From an uncultured delta proteobacterium (GTDB lineage Bacteria; Myxococcota_A; UBA9160; UBA4427), in NCBI GenBank assembly GCA_963822965.1, contig CAWGJT010000005.1:192001-256000 (forward strand): 64,000 nucleotides of DNA. The letters are read 5' to 3'. Shown here piece after piece: positions 1 through 11,405 of this stretch; position 1 is the first letter of the stretch; each line of letters begins with the position of its first letter. Made by a program: the position numbers and the translations under genes. The notes below the pieces were generated by a model. That model made no database searches, was not told where the DNA came from, and was given only the letters and a program-made list of their open reading frames with translations.

Positions 1-550
1 ACTCGCTCACCTCGGGGCGTACGAACGGCGTCCGCAGCGCATAGCCCGCCAGCATCCCGGTGGCGAAGATGCGCTCTTCGGGGGCATCGTCGTCGCGCGT
101 GGGGTCGACGGTGCCCCAGGATCCGTCCGCCCGCTGCTCCCGGGTGAGGTACTCCACCGCGCGTTCGCTGGCGGGCGCCGTGAGCCCGCGCACGTCGGCC
201 AGGACCGCGAGCGCCTCGAGACATCCCACCAGCCCGGGGGCGAGACGTCCCCGGCGCAGCTCCGCGGAGGCCGTCCCGGCGAAGACGCCGCCCAGCGGCT
301 CGAACGATCCATCGTCGCGCTGCAGCGCGGCCACGTGCTCCCCCACGGCGGTGGGGGGCTCTGCCTCGAGCACCACGTGGGCGCGCAGGACGGCCAGGGG
401 ATCGCCGTAGTCCACGAGGAACGCGAGCCCGCGCTCGAGGGCGGTCGCCGAGCGCTCGCGCAGGGCCAGCACCATGCGGGCGTCGGCGTCGGCCGCACCG
501 GCTTCGCCGGGCGCACCGAGGCCGCCGATCTGGATCACGTCGTCGGACAC
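1..550 (-). CDS. Prenyltransferase/squalene-cyclase QW-repeat protein (partial, runs off the window start)
   Basis: My translation from GTG 550 is open to the edge (VSDDVIQIGG...) with two QW-like motifs, ALQRDDGSF and REQRADGSWG. TAGCAT -10 box 6 nt upstream. Not in the ORF track because the stop lies outside the window. Confidence 0.65.
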   Translation of the reverse strand, partial: MSDDVIQIGGLGAPGEAGAADADARMVLALRERSATALERGLAFLVDYGDPLAVLRAHVVLEAEPPTAVGEHVAALQRDDGSFEPLGGVFAGTASAELRRGRLAPGLVGCLEALAVLADVRGLTAPASERAVEYLTREQRADGSWGTVDPTRDDDAPEERIFATGMLAGYALRTPFVRPEVSE

Positions 551-656
551 GGGACCATGCTAGCAAGAGGAGGCCGCCGTCCCCGGGATCGTCCGGCGTG
601 GACAGCCGCGCGGACGTGGGTGAGCCTACCGGGGCAGCACCGCCCAGGAGCCCCGC

Positions 657-1337
657 TTGATCGAGCAGCTGGAGACGCTGGCCCCGCCGCAGCCGGGCCG
701 ACCGGACTTCGCCGGCCCGGACCACCCCATGCGCAAGGTCACCCGACAGGTGGCCTTCGATCCCGAAGGCTGGACCCCCGAGCGGGCCTTGAAGGTGGCC
801 GCCCTCTTCGACGGCATGGCTTCGTCGTGGCACGAGCGAGCCAGCGAGGAGCGTCGCGAGCCCCTGCGCGACGCCCTGCAGCGCGGAGGCCTGCGTCACC
901 TCCGACGCGGCGAGGCCCGGGGACGGCTGTGCGTCGAGATCGGATCGGGCACCGGCTCGAGCACCGGAGACCTGGCATCCTGCTTCGAGACGGTGGTGGC
1001 CCTCGACCTCTCGCGCGAGATGCTGCGCCACGCGCCGCCGGCGCCCGGGCTTCGGGTCCAGGCCGACGCCTACCGGCTGCCGCTGCCCGACGGCGTCGCG
1101 GACGCGATCGTGCTGGTGAACGCGCTGCTGTTTCCGCGGGAGATGGCGCGCGTGCTCGCCCCCGACGGCACCCTCGTCTGGGTGAGCTCCCTGGGCGACC
1201 GCACCCCGATCCACCTGCCGGCGGAGGACGTCGACAAGGCGATGCCCGGGGGGTGGGTGGGCGTCGCCGCCGAAGCGGGCTGGGGAACGTGGTGTACGCT
1301 GCGTCGCTCGGAGAGCGACCGCTCGGCCCTGCGCTGA
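657..1337 (+). CDS. Class I SAM-dependent methyltransferase
   Basis: Motif I VEIGSGTG, acidic [27 protein letters not shown] 6 nt before TTG. Confidence 0.85.
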   Translation: MIEQLETLAPPQPGRPDFAGPDHPMRKVTRQVAFDPEGWTPERALKVAALFDGMASSWHERASEERREPLRDALQRGGLRHLRRGEARGRLCVEIGSGTGSSTGDLASCFETVVALDLSREMLRHAPPAPGLRVQADAYRLPLPDGVADAIVLVNALLFPREMARVLAPDGTLVWVSSLGDRTPIHLPAEDVDKAMPGGWVGVAAEAGWGTWCTLRRSESDRSALR

Positions 1338-1398
1338 GCGCGAGCGCGGCGCCGCGCGGCCCACTCCGTTCCCCGAAGCACAGCGTTCCGTTCCAACG

Positions 1399-3462
1399 AT
1401 GGGAGCCAAGAGCTTGCCCGACGAAGACGCCCGACCCGTGAACCGACTCGCCCACGAGACGAGCGCCTACCTGCGGCAGCACATGTACAACCCCGTGGAC
1501 TGGTATCCGTGGGGCCCCGAGGCGTTCGAGAGGGCCCGGCTCGAGGACAAGCCGCTGCTCGTCTCCATCGGCTACAGCGCCTGTCACTGGTGTCACGTGA
1601 TGGCCCACGAGTCGTTCGAGCACGCGGAGTCGGCGGCGATGATGAACGAGCTCTTCGTGAACGTGAAGGTGGACCGCGAAGAGCGGCCCGACGTGGACCA
1701 GATCTACATGGACACGGTGGTCCGGCTGACCGGCCACGGCGGCTGGCCGCTCACCGTGTTCTGCACGCCCGACGGCCGTCCGTTCTACGCGGGCACCTAC
1801 TATCCGCTGGAGCCGCGCGGCCCGGGCCCCACCTTCCGTCAGATCCTGGCGGCGGTGAACGAGGCCTGGACGAAGCGGCGGGACGAGGTGGAGGAGAGCG
1901 CCGGACAGATCCTGGCCGCCCTCGAAGCCCGTCCCGAGGGCGAGGCGAGCGGCCTGCCGGGCGTGGCCCGGCTCCTCGACGGCGCACGGCAGCTCATGCA
2001 GAGCGCCGACCTCGCGAACGGCGGCTTCGGCCAGGCCCCCAAGTTCCCGACCCCGACGAATCTCGAGCTGCTGCTGGCCGCGGCGGCGCTGGCCCCCGAG
2101 GCCGAGGCGCGCGGCCCTCTCGACCACTGCCTGCACAGCGCCCACGAGATGGCCCGGCGCGGGCTCTACGACCACCTCGGCGGCGGCTTCCATCGCTACT
2201 GCGTGGACGGCGTCTGGGCCATCCCCCACTTCGAGAAGATGCTCTACGACCAGGGCCTGCTGCTGCGCGTCTACGCCGAGCTCTACCGCCGGACCGGCGA
2301 CGACGAGCTCGTGTGGCCCATGCGCGAGACGATCGCCTACCTGCAGCGCGAGATGCGCGGGCCCGAAGGCGGCTTCTTCGCCAGCCAGGACGCCGACAGC
2401 GAGGGCGAGGAGGGACGCTTCTACGTGTGGACGCCCCTCGAGGTGACGGCCGTCCTCGGCGACGCAGCGCCGGCCTTCATGGAGGCCTACGGGGTGGACG
2501 AGCGCGGCAACTTCGAAGGCCACACCACCCACCTGATCGACCGCGCGCGAAGCCCGCGCGAGCGCTTCGCCGACGAGCGCGCGGCGCTCTTCGCCCAGCG
2601 CGCGGGTCGCGTGCCGCCGGCCACCGACACGAAGCGCGTGACGTCCTGGAACGGCTACACGATCTCGGGGCTCGCCCGCGCCGCCAGCGCCCTCGAAGAT
2701 GCCGCCATCCTGAAGCTGGCGGTGGACGCCGCGGACTTCGTGCTCACGCGGCTGCGCGGCGAGGACGGGCGGCTGCTGCGCGTGTTCGCCCAGGGACGCG
2801 CCCACGTGACGGGCTTCCTCGACGACTACGCGGCCATGCTCGACGCCTGCCTCGACCTCCATCGCGCCGGCGCGGGCGACCGCTTCCTCGAGCACGCCCA
2901 GGCCCTGGCCCGTGAGATCGCGGCGCGCTTCTACGACGCCGGGGCGCGCGACCTCTTCCTCACCCCGGCGGACGGAGAGCCCCTGGTACATCGGCCCCGC
3001 TCGGACAACGACGGCGCCACGCCGCACGCCGCCGGCCACGCGCTCTCGGGCCTGGTGCGGACGGCCGAGCTCTGCGACGACGCCGGGCTGGCGGGCGTGG
3101 TGCGGGACGTGCTCGCCACCCACGCCTTCGTGCTGGAACGGGCGCCGCACGCGTTTCCCACCCTGCTGCGGGCGGCGGCGCTCTTCGAGCGCGGTCTGTC
3201 GGTGGCGGTGGTGATCGGCGACCCCGAGAAGGACACCACGCGCGCCCTGCTCGCAGAAGCCCGCCGGGCGCTGGGGCCCGAGGACGCGGTGGTCCACGCG
3301 GCGCCGGGCGCCCCGACCCCGCCCGCCCTCGCGCCGTCGTGGCTGGCCGGACGCGAGCCGGAGAGCGGTCGCGCCACCGCCTGGGTGTGCCGCGGCACGA
3401 GCTGCTCGCTGCCCGTCACCGAGCCGGAGGGGCTCGCGTCCCTCGCGACGGCAGGCGCCTGA
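1399..3462 (+). CDS. Thioredoxin-domain protein of YyaL/SSP411 (DUF255) family
   Basis: [64 protein letters not shown] motifs. Confidence 0.93.
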   Translation: MGAKSLPDEDARPVNRLAHETSAYLRQHMYNPVDWYPWGPEAFERARLEDKPLLVSIGYSACHWCHVMAHESFEHAESAAMMNELFVNVKVDREERPDVDQIYMDTVVRLTGHGGWPLTVFCTPDGRPFYAGTYYPLEPRGPGPTFRQILAAVNEAWTKRRDEVEESAGQILAALEARPEGEASGLPGVARLLDGARQLMQSADLANGGFGQAPKFPTPTNLELLLAAAALAPEAEARGPLDHCLHSAHEMARRGLYDHLGGGFHRYCVDGVWAIPHFEKMLYDQGLLLRVYAELYRRTGDDELVWPMRETIAYLQREMRGPEGGFFASQDADSEGEEGRFYVWTPLEVTAVLGDAAPAFMEAYGVDERGNFEGHTTHLIDRARSPRERFADERAALFAQRAGRVPPATDTKRVTSWNGYTISGLARAASALEDAAILKLAVDAADFVLTRLRGEDGRLLRVFAQGRAHVTGFLDDYAAMLDACLDLHRAGAGDRFLEHAQALAREIAARFYDAGARDLFLTPADGEPLVHRPRSDNDGATPHAAGHALSGLVRTAELCDDAGLAGVVRDVLATHAFVLERAPHAFPTLLRAAALFERGLSVAVVIGDPEKDTTRALLAEARRALGPEDAVVHAAPGAPTPPALAPSWLAGREPESGRATAWVCRGTSCSLPVTEPEGLASLATAGA

Positions 3463-3463
3463 G

Positions 3464-4229
3464 ATGCCCGGCCTGCGCGGAATCGCGGAGCAGGTGGTGA
3501 TCGTGACCGGCGCAGGCAGCGGCATCGGCCGCGCGACCGCCCAGCGCCTCGCGGCGGAGGGCGCCCGGGTGGCCGTCTTCGATCGCGACGAGCCCGGAGG
3601 CCGCGAAACGGTGACCGCGATCGAGGCCGCGGGCGGCCGCGGGCTGGCATGCACCGTGGACATCACCGAGCCCGGCGGGGTCGAGGCCGCGGTGCAGTGG
3701 GTCGAGAACGAGCTGGGCCCCGCCACCGGGCTCGTCAACAACGCGGGCTGGGACGTGGCCCGCTCGTTCCTCGAGAGCGACCTGGCCCTTGTGGCGGAAG
3801 GTGATCGAGATCAACCTCGTGGGGCCGCTCATCGTCACGAAGGCGGTGCTCTCGCGCATGCAGGCCCGCGGCCGGGGCCGCGTCGTCAGCATCGCCTCGG
3901 ACGCCGGGCGCGTGGGCTCGTCGGGCGAGTCGGTCTATGCGGCCTGCAAGGGCGGCATCATCTCGTTCAGCAAGTCGGTGGCCCGGGAGCTGGCGCGCAC
4001 GGGCATCACCCTGAACGTCGTGTCGCCCGGCCCCAGCGACACGCCGCTGTTCGCGAGCTTCGACGAGACCGGCAAGCTCGCCAAGGCCCTGGAGCGCGCC
4101 ATCCCGATGGGGCGCCTGGGGCGACCCGAGGACTACCCCGGGATGATCGCCTTCCTGCTCTCGGACGACGCCGCCTTCATCACGGGCCAGACCATCAGCG
4201 TCTCGGGCGGCCTCACCATGCACGGCTGA
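3464..4229 (+). CDS. SDR oxidoreductase, 2-hydroxycyclohexanecarboxyl-CoA dehydrogenase (BadH)-like; one apparent +1 frameshift near 3788
   Basis: TGAGSGIG and VNNAGWD in one frame; ASDAGRVGSSGESVYAACKGG and SVSGGLTMHG in the next. Removing one C restores ...DLALWRKVIEINL. Confidence 0.85.
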
Positions 4230-4278
4230 GACCGCAGAATCACCACCCTGCCCGGCCTGCTCGGCGTACGATGGACCC

Positions 4279-5523
4279 ATGATCCAGCGGACGCGCGCCT
4301 CTGCCCGACTTCGGGCGGCGGTAGTGGCCACCCTGTGTACGGTGTCGGCGCTGCTGTGCCTGGCTGGGAGCGCCGGCGCGGACGAGTTCCCCTGCAGCGA
4401 GGAGGGGCTCGACGCCGCGATCGCAGCCGCGCAGACGAGCCCCCACGGCCTCTCGTGCACCCCGGGCGACGTGATCCAGATCCACGGGGGCCGGTGGATC
4501 TATTCGAGCCTGATCCTCGACCTGGGTGGCGTGACCCTGGAGTGCATCGAAGAGCTGCCCGACCACCCCTGCGCGTACGTGCTCTACACGGGCAGCCTTT
4601 GCTTCTACGGCCCTCCGCGCGAGCCGCCGCTCTGCGGGCACACGACCTACGACCTGAGCCACTTCCGGCTGGACGGCACCTTGCGGATCGGTTACGGCGA
4701 TACCACTCTCCGGCACGTCACGATCACGCCACCCGACGACCCCCTCGACACGTCGCTTGGAATCTACGTCCCATCGTCGAATGGCGCGCCTGGGTCTGCC
4801 CCCACACCGGCGGGAGAGCTCTATCTCTACGACAGCAGCGTTTCCAGCAACGGAGATGCGATCCTGGCGTACGGGCGGATCCGCGTCGAGCGCTCGACCC
4901 TTTCGGCGATGCTCCCTTCGGCAGTCGGGCTGCGGGGCATGTCCTACACGACGAACGTCGTCGACTCGACGGTCGAGGAGATGACGATCGGTCTGGGGGG
5001 AAGCCTGGTCAACAGCACGATTGCCGCCCGGTCGCCGGACCGTCCAGCCTACGTGGACGATCGCTGCCACCCGAGCCCTGCGAACACGACCAGTGCGAAC
5101 ACGATCGTCGATGGCTTCTGCGTGATCGGAAACGACACTTGCACCGGTCTCCACTATTCCGGCGCGTTGCAGTCGAACGGGGGAAACGTGGAGGTCGGGG
5201 GCGACACCTGCCAGTTCACGGACGCGATGGATCAGACGGGTGTCACCCCGGAAGAGCTCGCCCTGGGCCCGCTCGAAGACAACGGCGGCCCGACCCTCAC
5301 CCGCGCGCTGGGTGAAGGCTCGGTGGCGATCGACGCCGCCGTCCTGGACGCGTGTCCCGACGTCGACCAGCGCGGTGCTCCCCGCCCGGAGCCCGGTGGC
5401 GTGGGCTGCGACGCCGGCGCGTTCGAGCTCCCGGAGCCCGACGCCCGGCTGCTCGCCGCGGTCGCGCTGGGCATGGCGGCCCTCCTGCGGCGCGCCGCGC
5501 ACCATCCGCGCCGGCCCGCCTGA
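4279..5523 (+). CDS. Secreted protein with choice-of-anchor Q-like C-terminal domain and PEP-CTERM-like tail
   Basis: Signal peptide ending AGSAGA. LGPLEDNGGPTLTRAL..GSVAIDA..C...DQRG.PRP...CDAGAFE, then LPEP + hydrophobic segment + RR. Confidence 0.8.
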   Translation: MIQRTRASARLRAAVVATLCTVSALLCLAGSAGADEFPCSEEGLDAAIAAAQTSPHGLSCTPGDVIQIHGGRWIYSSLILDLGGVTLECIEELPDHPCAYVLYTGSLCFYGPPREPPLCGHTTYDLSHFRLDGTLRIGYGDTTLRHVTITPPDDPLDTSLGIYVPSSNGAPGSAPTPAGELYLYDSSVSSNGDAILAYGRIRVERSTLSAMLPSAVGLRGMSYTTNVVDSTVEEMTIGLGGSLVNSTIAARSPDRPAYVDDRCHPSPANTTSANTIVDGFCVIGNDTCTGLHYSGALQSNGGNVEVGGDTCQFTDAMDQTGVTPEELALGPLEDNGGPTLTRALGEGSVAIDAAVLDACPDVDQRGAPRPEPGGVGCDAGAFELPEPDARLLAAVALGMAALLRRAAHHPRRPA

Positions 5524-5586
5524 CCTGCCCCGTCGCTCGCGGACGCGCGCCGCGGGTCAGGCGCCCTGCACGCCCCTCTTCTGGTT

Positions 5587-6297
5587 CTACGGGTCCTTCT
5601 CGGTGCGGTCCTTCACCCCGTCTTTCGCGCCGGAGTAGCCACCCATCATCTTGTCGCGCACGGCCTGCATCTGCTCCGGGGTGAGGAGCACGGGTCCTCC
5701 CACCTGCAGCGTATTGAAGTACTGGTGGGCGAGGGTCTCCACCTCGACGAGCAGCCACATGGCGCCCGCCAGGTTGCCGCCCGTCACGATCACGCCGTGG
5801 TTCGCCAGCAGACACGCGTTGCCCTTTCCCAGGGCCTCGAGGGCGTGGCGCGAGAGCTCTTCGGTGCCGTAGGTGGCATAGGGCGCGCAGCGCACCGAGT
5901 CCCCGCCCGTCACGGCGATCATGTAGTGGAGCGGCGGAATGTCGAGCCCCAGGATCGCCACGGTGGTGCAGTACATGGGGTGGGCGTGGATCACGGCCTG
6001 GACGTCGGGCCGGGCCGCCAGGATGTCCAGATGGAAGCGCCACTCGCTCGAGGGCTTGAGCTTGCCCTCCCAGCTGCCGTCGAAGCGCATGGGGACCACG
6101 TGCTCGGGCTGCATCAGCTCATAGGGAAACGCGCTGGGTGAGATCAGGAAGCCCTCGCCGCAGCGGGCGCTGATGTTGCCCGACGTGCCCTGGTTGATGC
6201 CCCGCTCGTTCAGCTCGCGGCAGCGCGTGACGATCTCCTGGCGCAGCTTCCACTCGTTCTTCGCGAATCCCGGGGTGATCGGGCGCTCCTCTGCCAT
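5587..6297 (-). CDS. Class II aldolase/adducin family protein (L-fuculose-phosphate aldolase-like)
   Basis: GTSGNIS, KPSSEWRFH, HAHP and LLANHG Zn-binding motifs. GAGGAG RBS before ATG 6297. Confidence 0.9.
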   Translation of the reverse strand: MAEERPITPGFAKNEWKLRQEIVTRCRELNERGINQGTSGNISARCGEGFLISPSAFPYELMQPEHVVPMRFDGSWEGKLKPSSEWRFHLDILAARPDVQAVIHAHPMYCTTVAILGLDIPPLHYMIAVTGGDSVRCAPYATYGTEELSRHALEALGKGNACLLANHGVIVTGGNLAGAMWLLVEVETLAHQYFNTLQVGGPVLLTPEQMQAVRDKMMGGYSGAKDGVKDRTEKDP

Positions 6298-6317
6298 CTC
6301 GTCTCCTCGCGGTCCGG

Positions 6318-7724
6318 TCACCCGATGCGCGTTCGCAGGTGGAAGGACTTGGGTCGCGTCAGGCTCTCGAAGCCGATGCGCGAGAGCGTGCAGCCCCGGC
6401 CCGAGTCCTTCACCCCCGTCCAGGCCAGCGCCGGGTCCAGGTAGTCGCAGCGATTCATGAAGAAGGTGCCCGTCTCGACCCGCGCGCCGATGGCCAGCGC
6501 GGCGGGCTCGTCGCGCGTCCACACCGAGGCCGTGAGCCCGTAGGCGCTGTCGTTCATGAGGGCCACGGCCTCGTCGTCGTCCCGCACGCGCATGATGCCC
6601 ACGCAGGGGCCGAAGCTCTCCTCGCTCATGACGCGCATGGAATGGTCGACGTCCACCAGGATCTGGGGCGCCAGATAGGCGGAGCCCGGCTCGTCCGCCG
6701 GGAAGTCGCGCGGGTCGAGCAGCGCGCGGGCGCCGGCCGCCACGGCCTCCGCGCACTGGCCGCGCACGAAGGCCGCGGCGCTCGCCCGCACCACCGGCCC
6801 CAGGCTGGTGTCCTCGTCGAGCGGGTTGCCCAGCCGCAGCCGGCGCGCCTCGGCGACGGCGCCCTCGACGAAGTCGTCGTAGACGTCCGCGTGCACGTAG
6901 ATGCGCTCGATCCCGCAGCACGACTGGCCCGAGTTGAAGAACGCGCCGTCCACCAGATTCGCGACGGCGTGGGGCAGGTCCGCGTCGGCGCGCACGTAGG
7001 CCGGGTCCTTGCCGCCGAGCTCGAGGCCGAGGCCGATGAAGCGATCGGCGGCGGCGTGCACCACCGCGTGCCCGCCCGCCACCGAGCCCGTGAAGGCGAC
7101 GAAGTCGACGCCGTCGACGCCCCGGGCGGCGATCAGCTTCTCGGCGTCGGCGTGGCTCGTGTGCAGCACCTGGAAGACGCCCTCCGGCAGCCCGGCCGCC
7201 GCGAAGGCCTCGGCGAAGCGCTCGGCGCAGAGCGGCGTCTGCGCCGAGTGTCGCAGGATGACGGTGTTGCCCGCCAGCACCGCGGGCACCACCGAGTTCA
7301 CGGCGGTGAGGTACGGATAGTTCCAGGGCGCGATGGTCAGCACCACGCCGAGCGGCTCGCGGCGCACGAAGCGGGTGAAGCCCGGCCGGGGCTCCGGCTC
7401 CACCGGCGCCAGGGCGTCGGCGGCGATGTCGGTCATGTAGCGCGCCCGCTCCTCGAGCCCGCCCACCTCGCCGGGCGCGAAGCGGATGGGACGCCCCATC
7501 TGCCAGCTGAGCTCCTCGGCGATCTCGCGCTTGCGCGAGACGAAGGCGTCGACGAACGCGCCGCAGAGCGCCTGGCGCTCGGCGACCGCGACGTGCTTCC
7601 AGCTCCGGGACGCCTGCCGCGCGCGCTGGAGGGCCCTCGCGATCTCGCCGGGCTCGGCCAGCGGACGCTCGGCACGCACGCTCCCGTCGACGGGAGAGAT
7701 CACCTGCAGGACGGATCGGCTCAT
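6318..7724 (-). CDS. Aldehyde dehydrogenase
   Basis: IAPWNYP, FTGSVAGG, LELGGKDP, FNSGQSCC, EESFGP. Confidence 0.92.
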   Translation of the reverse strand: MSRSVLQVISPVDGSVRAERPLAEPGEIARALQRARQASRSWKHVAVAERQALCGAFVDAFVSRKREIAEELSWQMGRPIRFAPGEVGGLEERARYMTDIAADALAPVEPEPRPGFTRFVRREPLGVVLTIAPWNYPYLTAVNSVVPAVLAGNTVILRHSAQTPLCAERFAEAFAAAGLPEGVFQVLHTSHADAEKLIAARGVDGVDFVAFTGSVAGGHAVVHAAADRFIGLGLELGGKDPAYVRADADLPHAVANLVDGAFFNSGQSCCGIERIYVHADVYDDFVEGAVAEARRLRLGNPLDEDTSLGPVVRASAAAFVRGQCAEAVAAGARALLDPRDFPADEPGSAYLAPQILVDVDHSMRVMSEESFGPCVGIMRVRDDDEAVALMNDSAYGLTASVWTRDEPAALAIGARVETGTFFMNRCDYLDPALAWTGVKDSGRGCTLSRIGFESLTRPKSFHLRTRIG

Positions 7725-7837
7725 GCAGACGCGCTCGACGGGCAGCGGCTCGCGGGAAGGCGGTGGGCAGGCATGGGGCGGGGGCGCATGGGGAAGGAAG
7801 GTAGACGCCCCAGGGCATCCATGCGTCCGGCAGGAGG

Positions 7838-10800
7838 CTACACCCGCAGAAGCACGCCCCGGGCGGGCTCGCCGGTCGCCGCCTCGATGGCCTCCACGTA
7901 CAGGCGCACCTGCGCCTCGTAGCCGGCCCGCGCCGTCTCCAGCTCGCGGTCGGTCTTGAAGTCGACCACCGTCCAGCGGGGCGCGTCGCCGGAGCCGCCG
8001 TCGGCCGTCTCCCGAAACGCCAGGTCGACGACGCCCTCGACGAGGATGCCGTCGGGCCGGTGGTGCAGGACGGGCGTCTCGCGGCGCAGGCCCCCGGCCC
8101 GGGCGGCGCGCACCGCCCGCTCGAAGAGCGGATGGCGCCGGGCCGCCGCGGCGGCGTCGGCCGCGGCCCGGACCTCGTCCGCCGGGGCCGCCACCAGCCG
8201 ACCCTGCGCACGCGCCACGGACAGGATCGCGTCGAGATCCCCGTCCAGAGGCATGGCGGCGAGGACGGCGTGGACGAGGGTGCCGAACCGCCGCCCGCCC
8301 GGGCGCCCGGCCCGGTCCACCTCCACGGAGTCGACCTCGACCTCGCGGGCCGGCGCCGGCGGCGCCGCGCCTTCCGCGGCTTCGGCCTGCGAGAGCGCCG
8401 TCGCCGAGCGCACATCGAGGCTCGGGGTGGCGCCGGCCGCGAGGGTCGCGGCCCGCTCCCGCTGCCAGGCCGCGTGGGCGGCGATTCCCTCCTCGGCCAC
8501 CCGGCCCGCGTCGTCCGCCACCAGGATCTTCTCCTGGCGCAGCCCCACCTCCTCCTTGCGGTCCAGGTCGAGGACGGCGGGTCCCACCAGACGACCCGGT
8601 GCGTCGCCGCGCTCGGGCACGTGCAGGCCCGGCCGCACCGACCGCGGCGCCCCCGACGACCCCCTGGGACCGCCGGTGCTGCACGCTGTCCTCGCCGAAG
8701 GCGGGACAGCCCGGCGCGGGCTCGCTCTGCCGCCAGGCCGTACGCGCCGCGGGTAGACCGGCGGGATTCAGCATGTCGACCCAGCCCGAACGCGCTTCGT
8801 CGCCCACCGCCGGCACCACCAGCAGCTCCCGGGCGCGGGTGGCCGCCACGTAGGCCACCCGCACGGACTCCTCGGCGTCGCGCCGCCGCTCCTCGTCGGC
8901 CGCGTCCATCAGCTCGAAGGGAGCGCAGCCCGCCAGCGGCTCCGCCCACAGCTCGCGGTCCGGGTCGATGTGGCGGCTGGGATTGCGCGGCTCTCGCGAG
9001 GCAGTGGGATCCGCCAGGATCACCACCGGGAACTCGAGACCCTTGGCGCGGTGCACGGTCATGATGCGCACGCCCTCGGTGCCCTCCTCCACCACCGGCG
9101 CGTCCTCGGCCTCGCCGCGCTCCGCCTCGCCCTCCATGTGCTCGGCGAAGGCGCGGAACGACGTGGCGCCTTGCGCTCGAAGCGCCGCGCCAGGTCGATC
9201 ACCCGCAGACAGTTGGCCAGGGCCTGCTCGCCGGTGGGCCAGATGGCGACCCCCGCGTGAGCGCGCACGGCGGCGAGCAGGCTCGAGAGGGTCTCGGCGA
9301 TCGGTCGCCGGTTGCGGCGCACGTGCAGCCCGCCGAGGATCGTCGAGCGCCTCGTCCACCTCGCGCTCGGGCGCCTCGAGGGCCGCGAGCGCTTCGTCGT
9401 CCAGACGCCGCAGGGCGTGGAAGCCGCCCACGCGCCGCCGGTACGCGAGCAGCGCGTCGTCGCCCAGCGCGAAGAACGGTCCGCGCAGGGTGGCGAACAC
9501 GCGCAGCTCGTCGTCCGGCCACTCGATGGCGCACAGCGCGTTGCGCAGGGCCTCCACCTCCTCGCGCTCGTGGAACGAGCGGCCGCCCACCAGCACGTGG
9601 GGCACGCGGCGCGCCTCGAGCGCGCGCACGTAGGGGCGCGTCACGTCGTTGCCGAAGCTCTTGAAGCGGCGGAAGAGCAGGCACACGTGGCGCGCGCGCA
9701 GGGGCTCCGCGCCCGCCCGGGCGCGTCGGGCGACTCGATCGTCCAGCCGCTCGTCGTCCACCAGCCAGTCGACGAAGGCGCCCACCGCGTCCGGGAAACG
9801 ACTCCTCGACGCGGAAGTTCACGATCGTCCCGTAGTCGCCGTAGGGCGCGGGCACCGGCAGCGCCACCACGCTCGGCCGATCGGCGACGTCGCGCGCGGA
9901 ACGGCTGCAGGGGGACGTAGCGCGGCCTGGCGTCTCCGTCCGCGTCCGGGCCGGCCCCGCGCATGCAGCGGCTCGAAGGCGGCGTTCACCGCCTGCTGGA
10001 TCGACGGCAGGCTGCGGAAGCTGGTGGACAGCTGCAGCAGCTCGGCGCCGCGCGCGAGCAGCTGCTGCTTGGCGGCCTCGTAGATGGCGACGTCCGCCCG
10101 GCGGAAGCGGTAGATCGACTGCTTCGGGTCGCCCACCAGGAAGAGCTTGCCGGGAACGGGCGTCACCTGCCGCCAGTCGTCCTCGCCCGGGTCGTCGGCG
10201 GCGAGCAGCAGCAGGATCTCCGCCTGCAGCGGATCCGTGTCCTGGAACTCGTCCACGAAGAAGTGCGTGAAGCGCGCCTGCACCTCGCGTCGCACCGTCG
10301 GGATCGCGTCGCAGCAGGTCGCGGGTGCGCGCCAGCAGGTCCAGGAAGTCGAGCCGGCCCGGCGGCGTCCTTCTGCGCCTCGTAGGCGCGCACCACCGGC
10401 CGCAGCTCCTCCCGCAGCAGCGCGGCGAGGTCGGCGTCGGCCCGGGCGAGCAGGCCGTCGAGCTGCTCCTTCACGGCGTCGCGCCGCCCGACGACCTCTT
10501 CGCGCGGCAGGTCCTGTGCGAAGCGCTGGCGCGGCGACCCCGTCCACTTCCAGTGCGTGCGCGCCGGACGCGCGAGGTCGCGCAGCTCCGCCTCCAGGCC
10601 GTCGTAGTCGCGCCCGCGCACCGACTCGCGCAGCGCGTTCTCCTCGCAGAAGCGCGCGAGCTCCTCGAGGTTGCGCGCCAGCCAGTCGTTCGGGCGCTGC
10701 GCGCGCGCTCGGCCAGGGCGGCGACGGCGACGAGCGCGTCCATCACGGCGTCGATCTCGCCGCGTCGCGATCGAAGGGCTCGCGCCGCCAGCGCCGTCGG

Positions 10801-11401
10801 AAAGTCGCGGTGCTCCACCAGGTTCTGGACGGCTCCCCGCAGCAGCTCCCGCGGCCCCGTGCGATCGAAGCCCCGGGGACGCCGGCGCAGGATGCGGCGC
10901 ACCCCGTCGGGCGGGTCGGCCAGCACCTGCTGGAACCAGCCCTCGAAGGCGCGGTCGAGGAACGTCCTGGGCCTCGTCCTGCGGGCGCCACCTCGAAGAG
11001 CGGATCGACGCCGCGCCTCCACCGGGCGCTCGTGCAGCAGGTCGCCGCAGAAGGCGTGGATCGTGCCGATGCGGGCCAGCTCGAGCTGGGCCAGCGCCGT
11101 CTCCAGGCGCTCGCGCTCGGCGTCGCTCGAGTCCGGCGCGACCGCGCGCCGTCTCGATCTCCGCCCGCAGGCGCAGCTTCATCTCGCCGGCGGCCTTCTC
11201 GGTGAAGGTGACCGCCGCGATGCGGTCGAGCCGACCCTCGCCGGTGCGCAGCAGGGACACGATGCGCGAGACCAGCGCGCTGGTCTTGCCCGTGCCGGCG
11301 GCGGCCTCGACGAACAGGGTGGCGTCGAGGTCGTCGCGGATGCGCCGCCGCGCCTCGGCGTCCGCCAGCGGCAGGGTGTCGGTGGCCGATGCATCGCCCA
11401 T
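7838..11401 (-). CDS. addA: AddA/UvrD-family helicase-nuclease (multiple apparent frameshifts)
   Basis: Walker [49 protein letters not shown], and C-terminal nuclease GVVDL..VVDFKT..QVRLY, spread over several frames. Confidence 0.85.
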
Positions 11402-11405
11402 GGGA

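Noticed and set aside
739..3741. Very long antisense or alternate-frame ORFs (this 1000-aa ORF, 21344-24622, 30428-32752 and many others)
   Set aside because: They shadow well-supported genes, are Arg/Gly/Pro/Ala-rich without motifs, and are expected from stop-codon scarcity in high-GC DNA.
3780..3795. Programmed ribosomal frameshift in the BadH-like SDR
   Set aside because: No slippery heptamer is present. One extra C in a short run fits the indel errors seen elsewhere.
4247..5546. Imperfect direct repeats (CCTGCCC..GCTCG..CG.ACG) flanking the anchor-Q gene as an insertion scar
   Set aside because: The match needs gaps and is GC-rich, so it is too weak to separate from chance.
5587..9785. 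Apparent giant fusions of AddA with aldehyde dehydrogenase or aldolase in the ORF track (also 13106-16168, 26831-28789, 42824-44746)
   Set aside because: These are open-frame run-ons upstream of the true starts. The recognisable domains start at their own start codons, several with a clear RBS.
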